64,000 nucleotides of DNA from an uncultured Bacteroidales bacterium. Its GTDB lineage: Bacteria > Bacteroidota > Bacteroidia > Bacteroidales > JAGOPY01. Shown here in pieces: positions 11,210 to 22,155 of this stretch (position 1 is its first letter; the number at the start of each line of letters is the position of its first letter). The stretch spans positions 2,596,124 through 2,660,123 of the forward strand of contig CAVPBC010000002.1 of assembly GCA_963701785.1 (NCBI GenBank). The letters run 5' to 3'. Made by a program: the position numbers and the translations under genes. The notes under the pieces were generated by a model. The model was not told where the DNA came from, searched no databases, and saw nothing but the letters and a program-made list of their open reading frames with translations.

Positions 11210-12409
11210 ATGCCAAAAATTTCTAAAAAGGGGATGATGATGCCGGAATCCCCGATCCGAAAACTGGTGCCTTTTGCTGAAGTCGCTAAGAAAGCCGGGC
11301 GTAAAGTTTATCATCTTAACATAGGCCAGCCTGATATTGAAACACCCGAAATCGCGCTGAACGCGATCCGGAATTTCAGCCAGAAAGTTGTTGAATACAG
11401 TCATTCAGCTGGTATTTATTCCTACCGTTGCAGGTTAACAGAATACTATAAGAAAAACAATATTAATATTACACCGGAAGAAATTGTGGTTGGTGCCGGT
11501 GCATCCGAGGCTTTATTATTCGCTATCAATACCTGTCTTGATCCGGGAGATGAACTGATCATCCCGGAACCATTCTATGCCAACTATAATGGCTTTTCCA
11601 TCAATTGCGGCGCTGTTGTGCGTCCTATCATTTCAACAATTGACACCGGTTTTGCCCTGCCTCCCATAGCAGAATTTGAAAAAGCTATTAACGAACGGAC
11701 AAAAGCGATCCTCATATGTAATCCAAACAATCCTACAGGTTACCTTTATTCGAAAGAAGAACTGGAAACCCTGAGGGATATTGTTATAAAACATGACCTT
11801 TATCTTATTACAGATGAGGTATACAGGGAGTTCGTTTATGATGGCAACCATCATTATTCTGCCATGAACCTGGAAGGCATTGATGATAATGTTATTCTGA
11901 TCGACTCTGTTTCCAAACGTTACAGCGCCTGTGGATTTCGAGTCGGTTGCCTGATCACGCATAACAAAGATGTTATCCGCACAGCGCTAAAATTTGCCCA
12001 GGCCCGGTTAAGTCCCCCAACTTTTGGCCAGGTCGCGGCTGAAGCTGCCATTGACACGCCCCAGGAATATTTTGATAAAGTATTGGTAGAATACCATGCC
12101 CGTCGTAATATAGTGGTAGAATATATCAACCGTATCCCGGGTGCTTATTGCCCGAAACCTAAAGGTGCTTTTTACGTGGTTGCCAGGCTCCCGATCGATG
12201 ATTCAGACAGGTTCTGCAAATGGCTCCTGGAAGATTTCAATTTTAATAACGAAACCGTGATGCTGGCCCCTGCTACAGGCTTCTATTCCAATCCAACCAA
12301 AGGAAAGGATGAGGTCAGGATTTCTTATGTACTGAAGGTTGAAGACCTTAAAAAGGCTATGGTTTGCCTCGAAGAAGCTTTGAAGGTATACCCGGGCAGA
12401 ACAAATTGA
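11210..12409 (+). CDS. Aspartate aminotransferase-like PLP enzyme
   Basis: LNIGQPD, CNPNNPTG, DEVYREF, SVSKRYSACGFRVG. Confidence 0.9.
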   Translation: MPKISKKGMMMPESPIRKLVPFAEVAKKAGRKVYHLNIGQPDIETPEIALNAIRNFSQKVVEYSHSAGIYSYRCRLTEYYKKNNINITPEEIVVGAGASEALLFAINTCLDPGDELIIPEPFYANYNGFSINCGAVVRPIISTIDTGFALPPIAEFEKAINERTKAILICNPNNPTGYLYSKEELETLRDIVIKHDLYLITDEVYREFVYDGNHHYSAMNLEGIDDNVILIDSVSKRYSACGFRVGCLITHNKDVIRTALKFAQARLSPPTFGQVAAEAAIDTPQEYFDKVLVEYHARRNIVVEYINRIPGAYCPKPKGAFYVVARLPIDDSDRFCKWLLEDFNFNNETVMLAPATGFYSNPTKGKDEVRISYVLKVEDLKKAMVCLEEALKVYPGRTN

Positions 12410-13631
12410 TCAATCGGGGTAGAGCAGATATTTTTTCCTGGTTTGCATAAAACGGGTGAGGCCTTCCTCCCAGGTTTTCCTGATTTCCTGCTCCGATAAT
12501 CCATCAAGGATGTCATTTTCTTAACCGGTCATTTCCAGCCAGTTTTTCGAAATAGGGATTGAAGAATGCTGTGGAATCTTTAAAGAATTCATGCATGCCT
12601 GTCAGCCATTGCAGCGTGAAATGATACTCATTCTTTGAAAAGTTTTCGGCATAAGCGGCCAGGTATGACCCATAACACACCTGGCCCTCGTATGGAGGAT
12701 GTTCGCTCACTCCCGGGATACTCTCAGGCTCAAATACATAACTTCCCTGGTGAAATCCGGGGTGGCCGATTATTTCGAATGGGGTTTCAGTACCGCGACC
12801 GACACTGATCATCGTACCTTCAAAAAGACATAACGAAGGATATAAGTAAACGGATTGCCAGGTCGGCAGGTTAGGGGAGGGCTTCAGCTTTAATTTCACA
12901 ATCATATTATGACTGTAGCCAGCCAGCGGGATAACTTTCAGATCACATTTTTTTTCACCCTGCCATCCCTCACCGTTGATCATTAAAGCATATTCCCCGA
13001 TGGTCATGCCATAAACTACCGGAACGGGGTGCATGCCTACAAATGAACGAAAAACTGTATCTAACACCGGACCATCGACATAAAAACCATTTGGATTTGG
13101 ACGGTCAGTCACAATGAGGGGAATTCCGCTCTCTGCTGATGCTTCCATGATAAGTGACAGGGTTGAAATATAAGTGTAAAATCTCACACCTACATCCTGT
13201 ATATCAAACAATAAAATATCTATTCCTTCAAGATCAGCCGGGTCGGGCTTCTTCTTTTTCCCGTAAATGGATATGATTTTAATGCCGGTCCTGCTATCTT
13301 TTCCGTCAAGAATATCTTTCCCGGCTTCCAGGTCACCCCTGAATCCATGTTCCGGGCTGAATATCGCCTGCACGGTAAATCCTGAATTGATAAGTGTGTC
13401 TACCAGGTGAGTGTTTTTAACCACGGAGGTATGGTTGCAAACAATACCTATTGACTTGCCCTCCAGCATTGGAAAATAATAGTCTGTCCTCTCAGCGCCT
13501 GCAAGTATTTCATCAATATTCACAAGGCGCAGGTCTTTTGAAACACTGACCTGGGTATTGCCTTCCTTGGAATGACATGATGCCAGGATCAGGATAACGC
13601 CAATAGTGAAGATTTTGCTTATTTTTACCAT
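12410..13631 (-). CDS. namZ: Exo-beta-N-acetylmuramidase NamZ (DUF1343) lipoprotein (frameshift ~12515)
   Basis: Lipobox LASC, FSPEHGFRG, DIQDVGVRFYTY, DRPNP, SPNLP, SVGRGT. The shifted tail reads ..RKKYLLYPD*, with the stop at 12410. Confidence 0.85.
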
Positions 13632-13650
13632 CTGATTCAATCCAGTTATC

Positions 13651-14877
13651 TTGAATTTACCGGCATTCATAGCTAACCGCCTGGGCGGTAAAGATAAAGA
13701 AAATTTATCCGGTCCGGTTATACGGATCGCCGTTATTACCATAGCACTGGGATTGGCAGTTATGATCATAGCAGTTGCCGTCCTGGTTGGTTTCCAGGCA
13801 GAAATCCGTAATAAGGTAATTGGTTTTTCGGCACATATACAGATCGATAACTTTGACTCAAATGCTTCTTATGAAGCTTCACCCGTTTCCATTGAACAGT
13901 CGTTTTATCCTGAAATGGAAGAGGTCGAGGGGATCCGTCATATCCAGGTTTTTGCCCTGAAGGCCGGTATTATCAAGACTGAGGATCAATTGCACGGAGT
14001 TGTATTAAAAGGAATTGGCCCTGATTATGACTGGGATTTTTTTAAGAAAAATCTCATTGCCGGTTCTTCATTCCAGGTTCCGAACAATAGCACTTCACAG
14101 GAATTGCTGATTTCGGGCAGGATTTCTAAGAAGCTTAATCTAAAAGTGGGTGATGATGTCAGGATGTATTTTCTATCAGGCTCTGAAGCTCAACCCCGTG
14201 GTAGAAAATTCATAGTATCAGGCATATACGAAACCGGTCTTGAAGAATTTGATGAAGCTTATGTCATCGGGGATATCCGTCATATTCAAAGCCTTAATAA
14301 CTGGGATTCTACAATGGTTTCGGGCTTTGAAGTTTATATTGATGATTTCAGAAAGCTCGATGAAATGGGTGACATGGTATACCAGGCGATAGGCTATGAC
14401 CTGAATGCTGAAACTGTAACCGCTGCATACCCGCAAATCTTCGACTGGTTGCGGCTGATGGATATTAATGTCGTGATCATCCTTATCCTGATGATCCTCG
14501 TCGCAGGTATCACCATTATCTCTACTTTGCTGATCATGATCCTGGAAAGGACAAACATGATTGGCATCTTAAAAGCGTTGGGAATTAAAGATAATGACCT
14601 GAGAAAGTTGTTTTTATATTTAACTGCCCGGATCATTGCGAAGGGAATGTTATGGGGAAATATTTTCGGGATCGGGATCGGGCTTGTGCAGTATTACACT
14701 CACATCATTCCCCTGGATGAAGCATCGTATTATATTTCCTTCGTTCCGGTTTCGATGAATATCAGCCATATCCTTTTGATAAACGGGGCTACTTTTCTTT
14801 TATGCCTTATGATGGTCTTAATCCCGGGTTATATCATCGGAAGAATAACACCTGTGAAGGCGATAAGCTACAGGTAA
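13651..14877 (+). CDS. LolC/E-like (FtsX/MacB family) ABC permease
   Basis: TM, MacB-type periplasmic domain, then 3 TM; ERTNMIGILKALG; TTG start. Confidence 0.88.
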   Translation: MNLPAFIANRLGGKDKENLSGPVIRIAVITIALGLAVMIIAVAVLVGFQAEIRNKVIGFSAHIQIDNFDSNASYEASPVSIEQSFYPEMEEVEGIRHIQVFALKAGIIKTEDQLHGVVLKGIGPDYDWDFFKKNLIAGSSFQVPNNSTSQELLISGRISKKLNLKVGDDVRMYFLSGSEAQPRGRKFIVSGIYETGLEEFDEAYVIGDIRHIQSLNNWDSTMVSGFEVYIDDFRKLDEMGDMVYQAIGYDLNAETVTAAYPQIFDWLRLMDINVVIILILMILVAGITIISTLLIMILERTNMIGILKALGIKDNDLRKLFLYLTARIIAKGMLWGNIFGIGIGLVQYYTHIIPLDEASYYISFVPVSMNISHILLINGATFLLCLMMVLIPGYIIGRITPVKAISYR

Positions 14878-14895
14878 TTATATAAATTCCAGATA

Positions 14896-14929
14896 AATGA
14901 CTAATGACCAATGCCAATGACTAATGACT
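14896..14929. repeat. Heptamer tandem repeat (AATGACY)x5, one unit 6 bp
   Basis: aatgact aatgacc aatgcc aatgact aatgact, between convergent genes. Confidence 0.75.
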
Positions 14930-15646
14930 TACTTTTTATGCAGTCCGCATTCCTTCATCTCCGGATTTTCCCACCACCATCTTCCGGCACGGATATCTTC
15001 ACCGGGCTCGGTAGCACGTGTGCAGGGCTGGCATCCGATACTGGGAAATCCCTGGTCATGCAAAGGATTATAAGGTATTTTATTTTGACGGATATAGTCC
15101 CATAAATCCTCTATATTCCAATTTATAAGTGGGTTTATCTTGATTTTGTTATTTAGATTATCCCATTCAATTAACGAGATATCCTCGCGGGTCACAGATT
15201 GTTCGCGCCTTAACCCGCTTATCCAGAAATCAACACTTTCCAGTGCCCTTTTCAGGGGTTCTATTTTCCGTATCTGACAGCATAATTTCCGGTTCCCGAC
15301 ACTTTCATAAAATAAGTTGATCCCTTTGCTGTTGACCATTTCTTCCACGGCTTTCTGGTCAGGGAAATATGTTTTGATCCTGACTTTATAACGTTGCTGT
15401 GTTAAATCGAGCAAATCATAAGTTTCCGGAAACATTCTGCCGGTATCGAGGGTGAACATATAAACATCCGGGTCGATACCTGCAATTATTTGTGTAATGA
15501 CCTGGTCTTCAGCTCCGAGACTGGTCGAAAAACCAAGCCTATCCTTGTAATTCTTTATAAAAAATCGCAAGACATCAGCAGCAGACTGATCTTCAAACTG
15601 TTGGTTAAATTCCTTTAATAAGATTTTGTGCGATATCAGCGTTCAT
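14929..15646 (-). CDS. cysH: APS/PAPS reductase, [4Fe-4S] APS-reductase type (5' frameshift ~15615)
   Basis: LDTG, CCQIRK, GLRREQS, SIGCQPCT, RAGRW, ECGLH. Confidence 0.9.
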
Positions 15647-15721
15647 GTTGAAATATTCCAGATTATAAAGGTTACAAAAGTAATAAATAAATTATTTTTG
15701 ACTGATTAACGTAAAATAGTC

Positions 15722-17083
15722 ATGAAAGTTCATTTCATCGCGATCGGTGGCAGTGCCATGCATAATTTAGCCATTGCTTTAAAGTTAAAGGGATATGATA
15801 TTACCGGGTCAGATGATGAAATATTTGAACCTGCGCGGGGAAGGCTGAAGAAGTATGATATTTTGCCGGATGCAGATGGCTGGAATGTAAATAAGATCAC
15901 GAAAGACATTGATTCGGTAATCCTTGGAATGCATGCAAAGAAAGACAATCCTGAGCTGGCACGGGCCCGCGAATTGGGATTGAAAATTTACTCATATCCC
16001 GAATATCTTTATGAAGCTTCAAAAGATAAGATCAGGGTAGTCATTGCCGGAAGTCACGGCAAGACTACCATCACCTCCATGATCCTGCATGTTTTGCAAT
16101 ATGCCGGTATCCGCGCGGACTATATGGTCGGCGCCCAGCTTGATGGTTTTGAAGTTATGGTCAGACTGACCAATGATGCAAAGTATATCATTCTCGAAGG
16201 AGATGAATATTTGTCTTCGCCACTTGATCCCAGGCCCAAGTTTCATTTATACAAGCCTCATATCGCACTTTTGAGCGGAATTGCCTGGGACCATATGAAT
16301 GTGTTCCCGACATTTGAAAATTATGTCAGCCAGTTTGAGCAATTTATCAGCCTGATTCAGCCAAAGGGCTCACTTATCTATTGCAATACAGACCCAGTTG
16401 TTAAGCGTATTTCACGAAAAAGCCGGAAAGACATCATCCTTGTTCCATACGGTGACTTGACCTATCGCATTCATAACCAGAAGACCTATATCATTTCCGG
16501 CGGACTGGAAACCCCCATCCTGGTTTTTGGCAAACATAATGTTCAGAATATCCAGGGGGCATGGAAGGTTTGTCGTCAGATCGGGGTGGATGATGAAACC
16601 TTCCTGAAAGCAATCAGTTCGTTCAGTGGCGCTTCAAAGCGGTTGCAATTGCTGCAGAAGGGTCCTGATTCAGCTGTTTATAAAGATTTTGCCCATAGCC
16701 CTTCCAAACTTAAAGCGACCATCGAAGCCCTGAAAGAACTTCATCCGGAAAGGGAACTTATCGCATGCCTTGAGCTTCACACATACAGCAGCCTGAACAA
16801 GGCTTTTTTGCCACAATACCGGGGATGCATGGATTCAGCCGACAGGCCGATCGTATACTTCAGTCACCATGCCCTTTCGTTGAAAAGACTTCCTGAACTG
16901 ACGCCGGACGAAGTCAGGACCGCATTTGCTGACAGCAGGCTGGTTATTTACAATGATCCCGGAAAATTGAAGGAGGATTTGCTAAATATAGATTACCGTA
17001 ATAAGAACCTGCTATTGATGAGCTCGGGAAATTTCGACGGATTGGACCTTGAGGAATTGGCAGGAAATGTGATTAAAAAGTAA
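15722..17083 (+). CDS. mpl: Mur ligase family, Mpl-like peptidoglycan-recycling ligase
   Basis: HFIAIGGSAM, GSHGKTT, EGDEY, WDH, DFAHSP, MSSGNF. Confidence 0.8.
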   Translation: MKVHFIAIGGSAMHNLAIALKLKGYDITGSDDEIFEPARGRLKKYDILPDADGWNVNKITKDIDSVILGMHAKKDNPELARARELGLKIYSYPEYLYEASKDKIRVVIAGSHGKTTITSMILHVLQYAGIRADYMVGAQLDGFEVMVRLTNDAKYIILEGDEYLSSPLDPRPKFHLYKPHIALLSGIAWDHMNVFPTFENYVSQFEQFISLIQPKGSLIYCNTDPVVKRISRKSRKDIILVPYGDLTYRIHNQKTYIISGGLETPILVFGKHNVQNIQGAWKVCRQIGVDDETFLKAISSFSGASKRLQLLQKGPDSAVYKDFAHSPSKLKATIEALKELHPERELIACLELHTYSSLNKAFLPQYRGCMDSADRPIVYFSHHALSLKRLPELTPDEVRTAFADSRLVIYNDPGKLKEDLLNIDYRNKNLLLMSSGNFDGLDLEELAGNVIKK

Positions 17084-17128
17084 TTCCAGACTCCAGTCTT
17101 TAACATGCTGGAATCTGGAATCCGGAAT
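17083..17128. repeat. Inverted heptamer repeats (ATTCCAG/CTGGAAT) forming a hairpin between convergent mpl and rho
   Basis: attccag actccag ... ctggaat ctggaat ccggaat. Confidence 0.65.
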
Positions 17129-17134
17129 TATTAT

Positions 17135-18922
17135 TTAGGAATTCATTGAAATCAAAAACTCCTCATTACTCTTGGTGTATTTAATTCTGTCTTTAAGGAA
17201 TTCCATAGCTTCAAGGGGATTCATATCGGCCAGGTGATTCCTGAGGATCCAGATCCTTTGCAGCGATTCCTTATCAACCAGGAGCTCTTCACGGCGTGTG
17301 CTGGATGCGACGATATCTATAGCAGGGTAGATGCGCTTATTGGAAAGTTTCCTGTCAAGCTGCAATTCCATGTTACCGGTACCTTTAAACTCTTCGAAGA
17401 TAACTTCATCCATTTTGGAGCCCGTATCAATAAGAGCAGTGGCAATGATGGTCAGCGACCCGCCATTTTCGATCTGCCTTGCCGCGCCAAAGAACCTTTT
17501 TGGTTTCTGAAGTGCATTGGATTCCACCCCGCCAGACAAAACCTTGCCGGATGCAGGGGAAACAGTATTATAGGCCCTTGCAAGCCTGGTAATGGAGTCA
17601 AGCAGGATGACCACATCATGCCCGCATTCTACCAGCCTTTTTGCTTTTTCAAGGACAATGTTCGCAATTTTTGCATGCCTTTCTGCCGGTTCGTCGAAAG
17701 TCGAAGAAATCACTTCCGCCTTCACGTGTCTTTGCATATCCGTGACCTCTTCAGGCCTTTCATCAATCAGCAGGACGATCAGGTAAGCTTCCGGGTGATT
17801 ATAGGCGATGGCATTGGCGATTTCCTGCAGAATGACAGTCTTACCGGTTTTCGGCTGGGCCACGATAAGCCCTCTCTGGCCTTTACCGATCGGGGAGAAC
17901 ATGTCGATCACCCTGGTGGTAATACTGGCATTAGGGTAATCCGTGATCTTAAATTTTGTTTGCGGAAACAATGGCGTTAGAAAGTCGAAGGGGATCCTGT
18001 CACGGACTTCCTCCGGCTTACGCCCATTTATCATTTCGACCTTGATCAGAGGGAAATATTTTTCACCTTCTTTTGGGGGCCGGATACTACCTTCGACTGT
18101 ATCCCCCGTCTTTAAACCGAACAATTTTATCTGCGATTGTGACACATAAATGTCATCAGGTGAATTGAGATAATTGTAATCTGAGGACCTCAGGAAACCA
18201 TAGCCGTCTGGCATAATTTCAAGTACCCCTTCTGAATTGATAAATCCCTCATATTCAAAAGGAAACTCATCCCTTTTCTTGGTAAGCCTTGGCCTGAAAC
18301 CAGGATCACGAAGTGGTGGCTGGAAATCATCATCTTTCGAGGGACTGAAAGTTTCTAATTCCGATTTTTCCTCCTGGGAAACGGATGTTGCCCCGGTTTC
18401 TGTTTCTGTTTCTGCGTCTGAACTGACAATGATATCATCATCCGCATCGCCATTTACGATTTCGGGCAGTATAAGGTCATTATCTTTTTCAAGGTCGCTT
18501 CTGAAAGGTTTTTTTTCTTCAAAGGGGACTTCAGGTTTCCTGTCAATCTTTTTAATCAGCTTAGGCCGCCTTTCTTCCGCGGGTTTAATCTCTTCCTTGG
18601 GCAGTTCTGCTGGTGGTTCAGGAACAATATGCTGCTTCTGTTTAAACCTGGGATTTAACTTGCGGTCCTCTTTTGGTTTGTCTTCAACCATTGGTTTTGG
18701 TTCACCGCCAACTTCTTTTTTCTTTCTACCGCGCCTTGATTTGTTTAAATCAGGAATAAAACCAGGTTTTTCATCCTTGGTTGGAATGAGTGCCTGCTGA
18801 TCAAGGATCTGGTAGACCAGGTCCTGTTTCATGAGCTTTTCATACTTAGGAACATTTAATTCCTTTGCAATCTCTTGTAATTCAGGCAATGACTTGCCGT
18901 TTAGTTCAATAATATCGTACAT
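17135..18922 (-). CDS. rho: Transcription termination factor Rho with N-terminal insertion
   Basis: [52 protein letters not shown]. Confidence 0.97.
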   Translation of the reverse strand: MYDIIELNGKSLPELQEIAKELNVPKYEKLMKQDLVYQILDQQALIPTKDEKPGFIPDLNKSRRGRKKKEVGGEPKPMVEDKPKEDRKLNPRFKQKQHIVPEPPAELPKEEIKPAEERRPKLIKKIDRKPEVPFEEKKPFRSDLEKDNDLILPEIVNGDADDDIIVSSDAETETETGATSVSQEEKSELETFSPSKDDDFQPPLRDPGFRPRLTKKRDEFPFEYEGFINSEGVLEIMPDGYGFLRSSDYNYLNSPDDIYVSQSQIKLFGLKTGDTVEGSIRPPKEGEKYFPLIKVEMINGRKPEEVRDRIPFDFLTPLFPQTKFKITDYPNASITTRVIDMFSPIGKGQRGLIVAQPKTGKTVILQEIANAIAYNHPEAYLIVLLIDERPEEVTDMQRHVKAEVISSTFDEPAERHAKIANIVLEKAKRLVECGHDVVILLDSITRLARAYNTVSPASGKVLSGGVESNALQKPKRFFGAARQIENGGSLTIIATALIDTGSKMDEVIFEEFKGTGNMELQLDRKLSNKRIYPAIDIVASSTRREELLVDKESLQRIWILRNHLADMNPLEAMEFLKDRIKYTKSNEEFLISMNS

Positions 18923-19107
18923 GTTGTTTTTTAATAAATGATCAATGATGAAACTTTTGCAAGGAGAATAAGTTTGTTAAACGAAAATACCCAAGCGTAA
19001 AAGCTATAAACTATCCGATTCCGATTAAAATGGGTTTATGAGAAATAAATGGAATTCTTACGAATGAGCGTGCAAATATAAAACAATTATCTCACATAAC
19101 AAAATAT

Positions 19108-21988
19108 CTACAGATAATCTTCCATAGGATTGCATGTACAAATTAAATTCCTGTCGCCGTAAGCGTCATCAATACGGGTAACCGGCGGAAAATATTTATC
19201 CTGTAACATGTTTGCAATGGGGGAAACCGCTTTTTGCCTTGAATAAGGGAATGTCCAGTTGTCGGAAGTTACCATCTCTGCCGTATGAGGAGCATGTTTG
19301 ATTACATTGTCGTTCTTATCTGCCTGACCCGTTTCGATTTCCCTTATTTCTTCACGGATCCGGATCATCGCATCACAAAAACGGTCAAGCTCGGAGAGCG
19401 GTTCGCTTTCAGTCGGTTCTACCATTAAGGTGCCATGGACAGGAAAGGCAACTGTTGGTGCATGAAAACCGTAATCCATCATTCTTTTAGCAATATCTAC
19501 CACTGTGATATCAGCAGTTTTGCTGAACTCATTGCAGTCGAGTATCATTTCATGAGCTACCCAACCATTCTTACCGGTATATAAAATTTTATAGTGCCCT
19601 TCAAGCCTGGATTTAATATAATTGGCGTTGAGGATGGCATAAGCTGTTGCATCTTTTATTCCCTTCATGCCAAGCATTTTAATATAACCATAGGAAATGG
19701 GCAATATCAGGGCACTTCCGTAAGGGGCAGCAGACACGGCGGTAATCGCTTTTTCACCACCTGTCTTAATTACAGGATGTGAAGGAAGAAATGGCTTCAA
19801 ATGTATGGCAACGCCTATCGGGCCAACTCCTGGGCCGCCTCCGCCATGAGGAATGGCAAATGTTTTATGCAGGTTCAGGTGGCACACATCAGCACCGATA
19901 GTACCCGGATGGGTATAACCAACCTGGGCATTCATATTGGCACCGTCCATGTAAACCTGTCCCCCGTCCTGATGGACTACATCGATGACTTCACGGATGT
20001 TTTCTTCAAATACGCCATGGGTAGAAGGATAAGTGATCATCATTGCGGCCAGGTTCTGGCTGTGCATCAGTGCCTTTTCCTTAAGATCGCCAAGGTCGAT
20101 ATTGCCGTCCTGGTCGGTTTTAGTGACCACGACCTGCATCCCTGCCATAACTGCACTGGCGGGATTTGTTCCATGAGCCGATGCCGGGATCAGGCAGACA
20201 TTGCGGTGGCCTTCGCCACGGCTTAAATGATACTGACGGATTACAAGGAGCCCGGTATATTCACCCGAAGCCCCTGAATTAGGCTGAAGGGAAATACCGG
20301 CGAACCCGGTTATTTTACATAAGTCATTTTCCAGGTTATTGATCATTTCATAATAACCGGCATGCCTGATCAGCAGGTACAAAGGGATGGACTGATCCAA
20401 ATTCAGGCCAGCTTAACGAAAACATTTCGGCTGCAGCATTAAGTTTCATGGTGCATGAACCCAGGGGTATCATGGTGCGGTTCAATGCGAGGTCCCGGTT
20501 TTCAAGCCTTTTCAGATAACGCATCATTTCCGTTTCCGAATGATAGTTGTTGAAGCAGGGTGCATGAAGTACAGGACTTTTCCTGATTAGGTCTTCAGGC
20601 CAGTCCGGAATTAATTCAGCATTAAGATCCGGGTTTTCAATTTCAATAGATTTCTTCCCGTTTGCTTCTGAAAAGACTTTCATAATATTTATGATATCAT
20701 CCCCGGTAGTAGTTTCATCGATGCTGATCCCAATCGCACCATCGCTGATGAACCTGAAATTCATGCTGTTCTGCAGGGCAATGGTTTCAATCTTCCTTTG
20801 ATCTAATCCAGTTGGAAGTGTAATTTTTAAGGTATCGAAAAACCATTTATTGGTTTGCCTGAAACCCAATTTCTCAAGTTCTGCAGCAAGGTTACGAGCA
20901 AGGTTGTGAATTTTTAGCGCGATCATTCTAAGACCCTCCGGACCGTGGTAGGCTGCATACATTCCGGCCATGATGGCAAGTAAAGCTTGCGCGGTGCAGA
21001 TATTTGAGGTTGCCCTTTCTCTTTTTATATGCTGCTCGCGGGTTTGAAGTGCCATTCGCAGGGCAGTGGTACCATTGGCATCCTTTGAAATCCCGATGAT
21101 CCTGCCAGGCATGTTCCTTTTATAATCTTCTTTTGTCGCGAAAAAGCCTGCATGAGGACCGCCAAAACCAAGTGGTATCCCAAATCGCTGGCTGGATCCG
21201 ACAACAACATCGGCTCCCCATTCTCCGGGAGGTGTTAAAAGGACGAGACTGAGCAGGTCTGCAGCTACTATGACCAAACCTTGCTTCTCATGGACATTCT
21301 TTACAAAATCCCCGTATTCACTTATATTACCATATTGGTCAGGATATTGGACCAATCCTCCAAAGAATTCTTCAGTAATACCGAATGAAGAATGATCTCC
21401 GGTAACAATGTCAATCCCAAGAGGGACGGCACGGGTTTGAATGACTTCAAGGGTCTGGGGGAATACATCAACGGAAACAAAAAACTTACAGGCATTTCTC
21501 CTGGCAAGGTCCCTCGGGCGTGAATTGAAAGCCATGATCATGGCTTCGGCAGCAGCGGTGGCTTCATCAAGCAGGGATGCATTAGCGATGGGCAAACCGG
21601 TCAGGTCGGCAATCATCGTTTGAAAATTGAGAAGCGCTTCAAGTCTCCCCTGTGATATTTCAGCCTGGTATGGGGTATAAGAAGTATACCAACCCGGGTT
21701 TTCCAGGATATTTCTCTGGATAACAGGAGGGGTGATGGTGCCATAATAACCCAATCCGAGATATGTTTTGAATAGTTTGTTTTTATTTCCAAGCTCCCTG
21801 ATGTGCTGTAGGTACTCAAATTCACTCATTCCACCAGGCAGGTCGAGGTCTTCAGAAAGCCTGATAGAAGCCGGAATAGTTTCATCGATCAGTTGAGTTA
21901 ACGATTTTATTCCTATGACATCCAGCATTTTAGCCATGTCATGTTCGCCGGGTCCGAGGTGCCTTTTCAGAAAGCTATCAGTGCTCAT
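19108..21988 (-). CDS. gcvP: Glycine dehydrogenase (glycine cleavage P protein; frameshift ~20362)
   Basis: [45 protein letters not shown]. Confidence 0.96.
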
Positions 21989-22067
21989 TATTAAGATATG
22001 TTAAGTCGTTTTAAAGGTTGGCAAAAATAATAATCTTTAACGTATGAACCGGCTAAGTGTTTAATAA

Positions 22068-22085
22068 TTGTTAAAAAAATAACAA
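22068..22085. promoter_or_regulatory. Palindromic operator TTGTTA-N6-TAACAA upstream of gcvP
   Basis: TTGTTAaaaaaaTAACAA; minus-strand -7 box TATTTTTG at 22022-22029. Confidence 0.55.
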
Positions 22086-22092
22086 TAGCTGC

Positions 22093-22128
22093 AAAAAGGG
22101 ACTCCATCCCGAAGGATGGAGTCCCTTT
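22093..22128 (-). terminator. Intrinsic terminator of hppA
   Basis: 15-bp perfect stem aaagggactccatcc/ggatggagtcccttt, with a UUCG loop and T-tract on the minus strand. Confidence 0.9.
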
Positions 22129-22155
22129 GAACAATATATCACTATCAAATAGATA

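Noticed and set aside
13632-13769. N-terminal extensions in the ORF track (namZ, hppA, hypE, pstB, rex, DASS)
   Set aside because: They overlap neighbouring genes or promoters; downstream ATGs give proper signal peptides or family N-termini.
14896-14929. Heptamer arrays as CRISPR or IS ends
   Set aside because: Units are 7 bp with no spacers, and there is no cas or transposase gene in the window.
17234-18800. Long antisense ORFs (17234..17980, 18237..18800; also 23735..24274, 29825..30388, 38021..38566)
   Set aside because: Shadow frames of strong genes on the opposite strand, with no recognisable motifs.
21989-22092. Glycine riboswitch upstream of gcvP
   Set aside because: The -7 box is only about 33 bp from the ATG and the leader is AT-rich with no aptamer-like structure.
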